A stretch of 64,000 nucleotides of DNA from an uncultured Pelagibacteraceae bacterium (lineage in GTDB: Bacteria > Pseudomonadota > Alphaproteobacteria > Pelagibacterales > AG-422-B15): contig CACKXV010000002.1 of assembly GCA_902604225.1 (NCBI GenBank), positions 8,799-72,798 of the forward strand. Direction: 5' to 3'. Made by a program: the position numbers and the translations under genes. Shown here in pieces: positions 62,664-64,000 of this stretch. The notes beneath the pieces are model-generated. The model was not told where the DNA came from. It did no database searches and was given only the letters and a program-made list of their open reading frames with translations. Every line of letters starts with the position of its first letter. The stretch's first letter is position 1.

Positions 62664-62669
62664 AATTCA

Positions 62670-63929
62670 ATGCAGAAAATTGTTATAAATGGAGGACAAC
62701 CTCTAAGGGGTGTGATTCCTGTTAGTGGATCAAAGAATGCTGCTCTACCCATTATGGCTGCTAGTATTTTAACTAATGAAAAATTAGAACTTTCAAATGT
62801 TCCGGATCTTGTTGATGTAAAAACTATGAGTTTGGTTTTATCATCTCTTGGAGTTAATGTCGCAAAAAGTGAAAGTAATAAAAATTCTATTACACTTCAA
62901 TATTCAGATACGGAAAAAACTATTGCTGAATATGATTTAGTGAGAAAGATGCGAGCAAGTATATTAGTACTAGGACCTTTGCTTGCAAGAAAGCGTGAGG
63001 CGAGTGTATCACTTCCTGGAGGTTGCGCTATAGGTGCTCGACCAATCGATATTCATATAGACGCACTTACAAAGCTCGGTGCAACTTTTGAATTAGAAAA
63101 AGGATATATTCAATGTAGCGCACCTAAAGGACTGACTGGGAATAAGATCCAACTTCCTAAAGTATCTGTTGGCGCTACTGAAAATATTGTTATGGCAGCA
63201 TCATTAGCAAGTGGTGAAACTGAAATTTCTAATATCGCGTTAGAGCCTGAGGTGATTGATTTAATTAATTGTTTAAATACTATGGGAGCAAAAATTGAAC
63301 TTGGTGACAATAGGTCTGTTATGATCCAAGGAGTAAAAACTTTGAACGGCTCAATCTATTCTATTATTCCTGATCGTATCGAAGCGATTACTTATATCAT
63401 AGCTGGAGCATTAGCAGGAGATGGACTTAAAATAGAAAATTTAAACATTGAACACATAAGCAATGTTTTAGAGACTTTAAAGGCATTACCAGTTGATATA
63501 ATTTTTGATGAAAATAGTGTAACAGTAAATAAATCTAATATTAGTGAAGGTATTGAAATTCAAACAAAGGAATACCCTGGCTTCCCAACAGACGTTCAAG
63601 CGCAAATGATGGTTTTAATGTCTATGGCTAAAACTAAGTCAGTCATAGATGAGAACATATTTGAAAATAGATTCATGCATGTACCTGAATTGAATAGAAT
63701 GGGAGCAAATATTGAAATTAATGGCAAAAGAGCAATTATTAATCCTTGCTCAGGATTTAGAGGGGCTCCAGTTATGGCAACTGATCTAAGAGCTTCAGTA
63801 AGTTTAATTTTAGCAGGATTAGCGGCTGAAGGTGAAACAACCCTAAATCGCATCTATCACTTGGATAGAGGGTATGAACAAATTGAAGTAAAATTAGAAG
63901 CATGTGGAGCAGAGATTAAGAGGGTTTAA
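62670..63929 (+). CDS. murA: UDP-N-acetylglucosamine 1-carboxyvinyltransferase
   Basis: VSGSKNAALPIMAASIL, catalytic-Cys loop LPGGCAIGARPIDIH, and C-terminal HLDRGYE..KL..GA.I.RV. Confidence 0.95.
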   Translation: MQKIVINGGQPLRGVIPVSGSKNAALPIMAASILTNEKLELSNVPDLVDVKTMSLVLSSLGVNVAKSESNKNSITLQYSDTEKTIAEYDLVRKMRASILVLGPLLARKREASVSLPGGCAIGARPIDIHIDALTKLGATFELEKGYIQCSAPKGLTGNKIQLPKVSVGATENIVMAASLASGETEISNIALEPEVIDLINCLNTMGAKIELGDNRSVMIQGVKTLNGSIYSIIPDRIEAITYIIAGALAGDGLKIENLNIEHISNVLETLKALPVDIIFDENSVTVNKSNISEGIEIQTKEYPGFPTDVQAQMMVLMSMAKTKSVIDENIFENRFMHVPELNRMGANIEINGKRAIINPCSGFRGAPVMATDLRASVSLILAGLAAEGETTLNRIYHLDRGYEQIEVKLEACGAEIKRV

Positions 63930-63934
63930 AAAAT

Positions 63935-64000
63935 ATGAATTTGAATGCAATTGATACTGATGAATTAAAAATTATTGGGACAATATTGCAGGATGGACTC
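63935..64000 (+). CDS. start of a DUF2948-like ORF (truncated by the window end)
   Basis: ATG 63935. MNLNAIDTDELKIIGTILQDGL resembles the N-terminus (..L.AxDxEDLxxxSxxxQDA) of the DUF2948 proteins that follow murA in alphaproteobacteria. Only 22 aa are visible. Confidence 0.4.
   Translation, partial: MNLNAIDTDELKIIGTILQDGL

Overview
The window is AT-rich and very tightly packed. Many genes have 0-15 nt spacers, ATGA/TAATG start-stop overlaps, or convergent 3' ends that abut or overlap. This layout, and gene content such as murA followed by a DUF2948-like ORF, suggests a streamlined marine alphaproteobacterium (Pelagibacterales/HIMB59-like). That taxonomic call is inference only. I can support about 58 protein-coding genes and one tRNA-Thr(GGU). 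I found no rRNA, CRISPR array, transposase, integrase or phage genes.

Gene content by region:
- 0-6 kb: fatty-acid beta-oxidation genes.
- 6.6-11.4 kb: a glycoside-uptake operon (GH1, galK, GPH symporter, serine hydrolase).
- 11.4-18.6 kb: redox and glutathione S-transferase genes.
- 18.6-31.2 kb: a PotABCD-type ABC importer next to an aldehyde dehydrogenase, a glutamine-synthetase-like ligase, an AspH-like oxygenase and an M19-dipeptidase operon with two unknown proteins.
- 47.6-64 kb: housekeeping and catabolic genes, including an Mtk-like acid-CoA ligase pair, ggt, typA, an ABC-2 exporter, beta-carbonic anhydrase, a Rieske/M20/DoeA-like cluster, dcd and murA.

The most unusual region is 31.2-45.5 kb. 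A TolC-type outer-membrane lipoprotein carries a long C-terminal extension (cadherin-like module, acidic linker, SPOR-like domain). It is divergently transcribed from a 2,371-aa DUF4347/cadherin-like (VCBS-type) repeat protein. That giant gene is followed by three tightly coupled membrane-fusion-type proteins. One has a GAF-like cytoplasmic domain. Another is a PqqD-like + M50 (site-2) metalloprotease + HlyD-like fusion. No HlyB-type ABC exporter is present. I propose this as a candidate non-canonical, possibly ABC-independent, export/processing system for the giant surface protein.

All family assignments come from reading motifs in the supplied translations. No database search was run.
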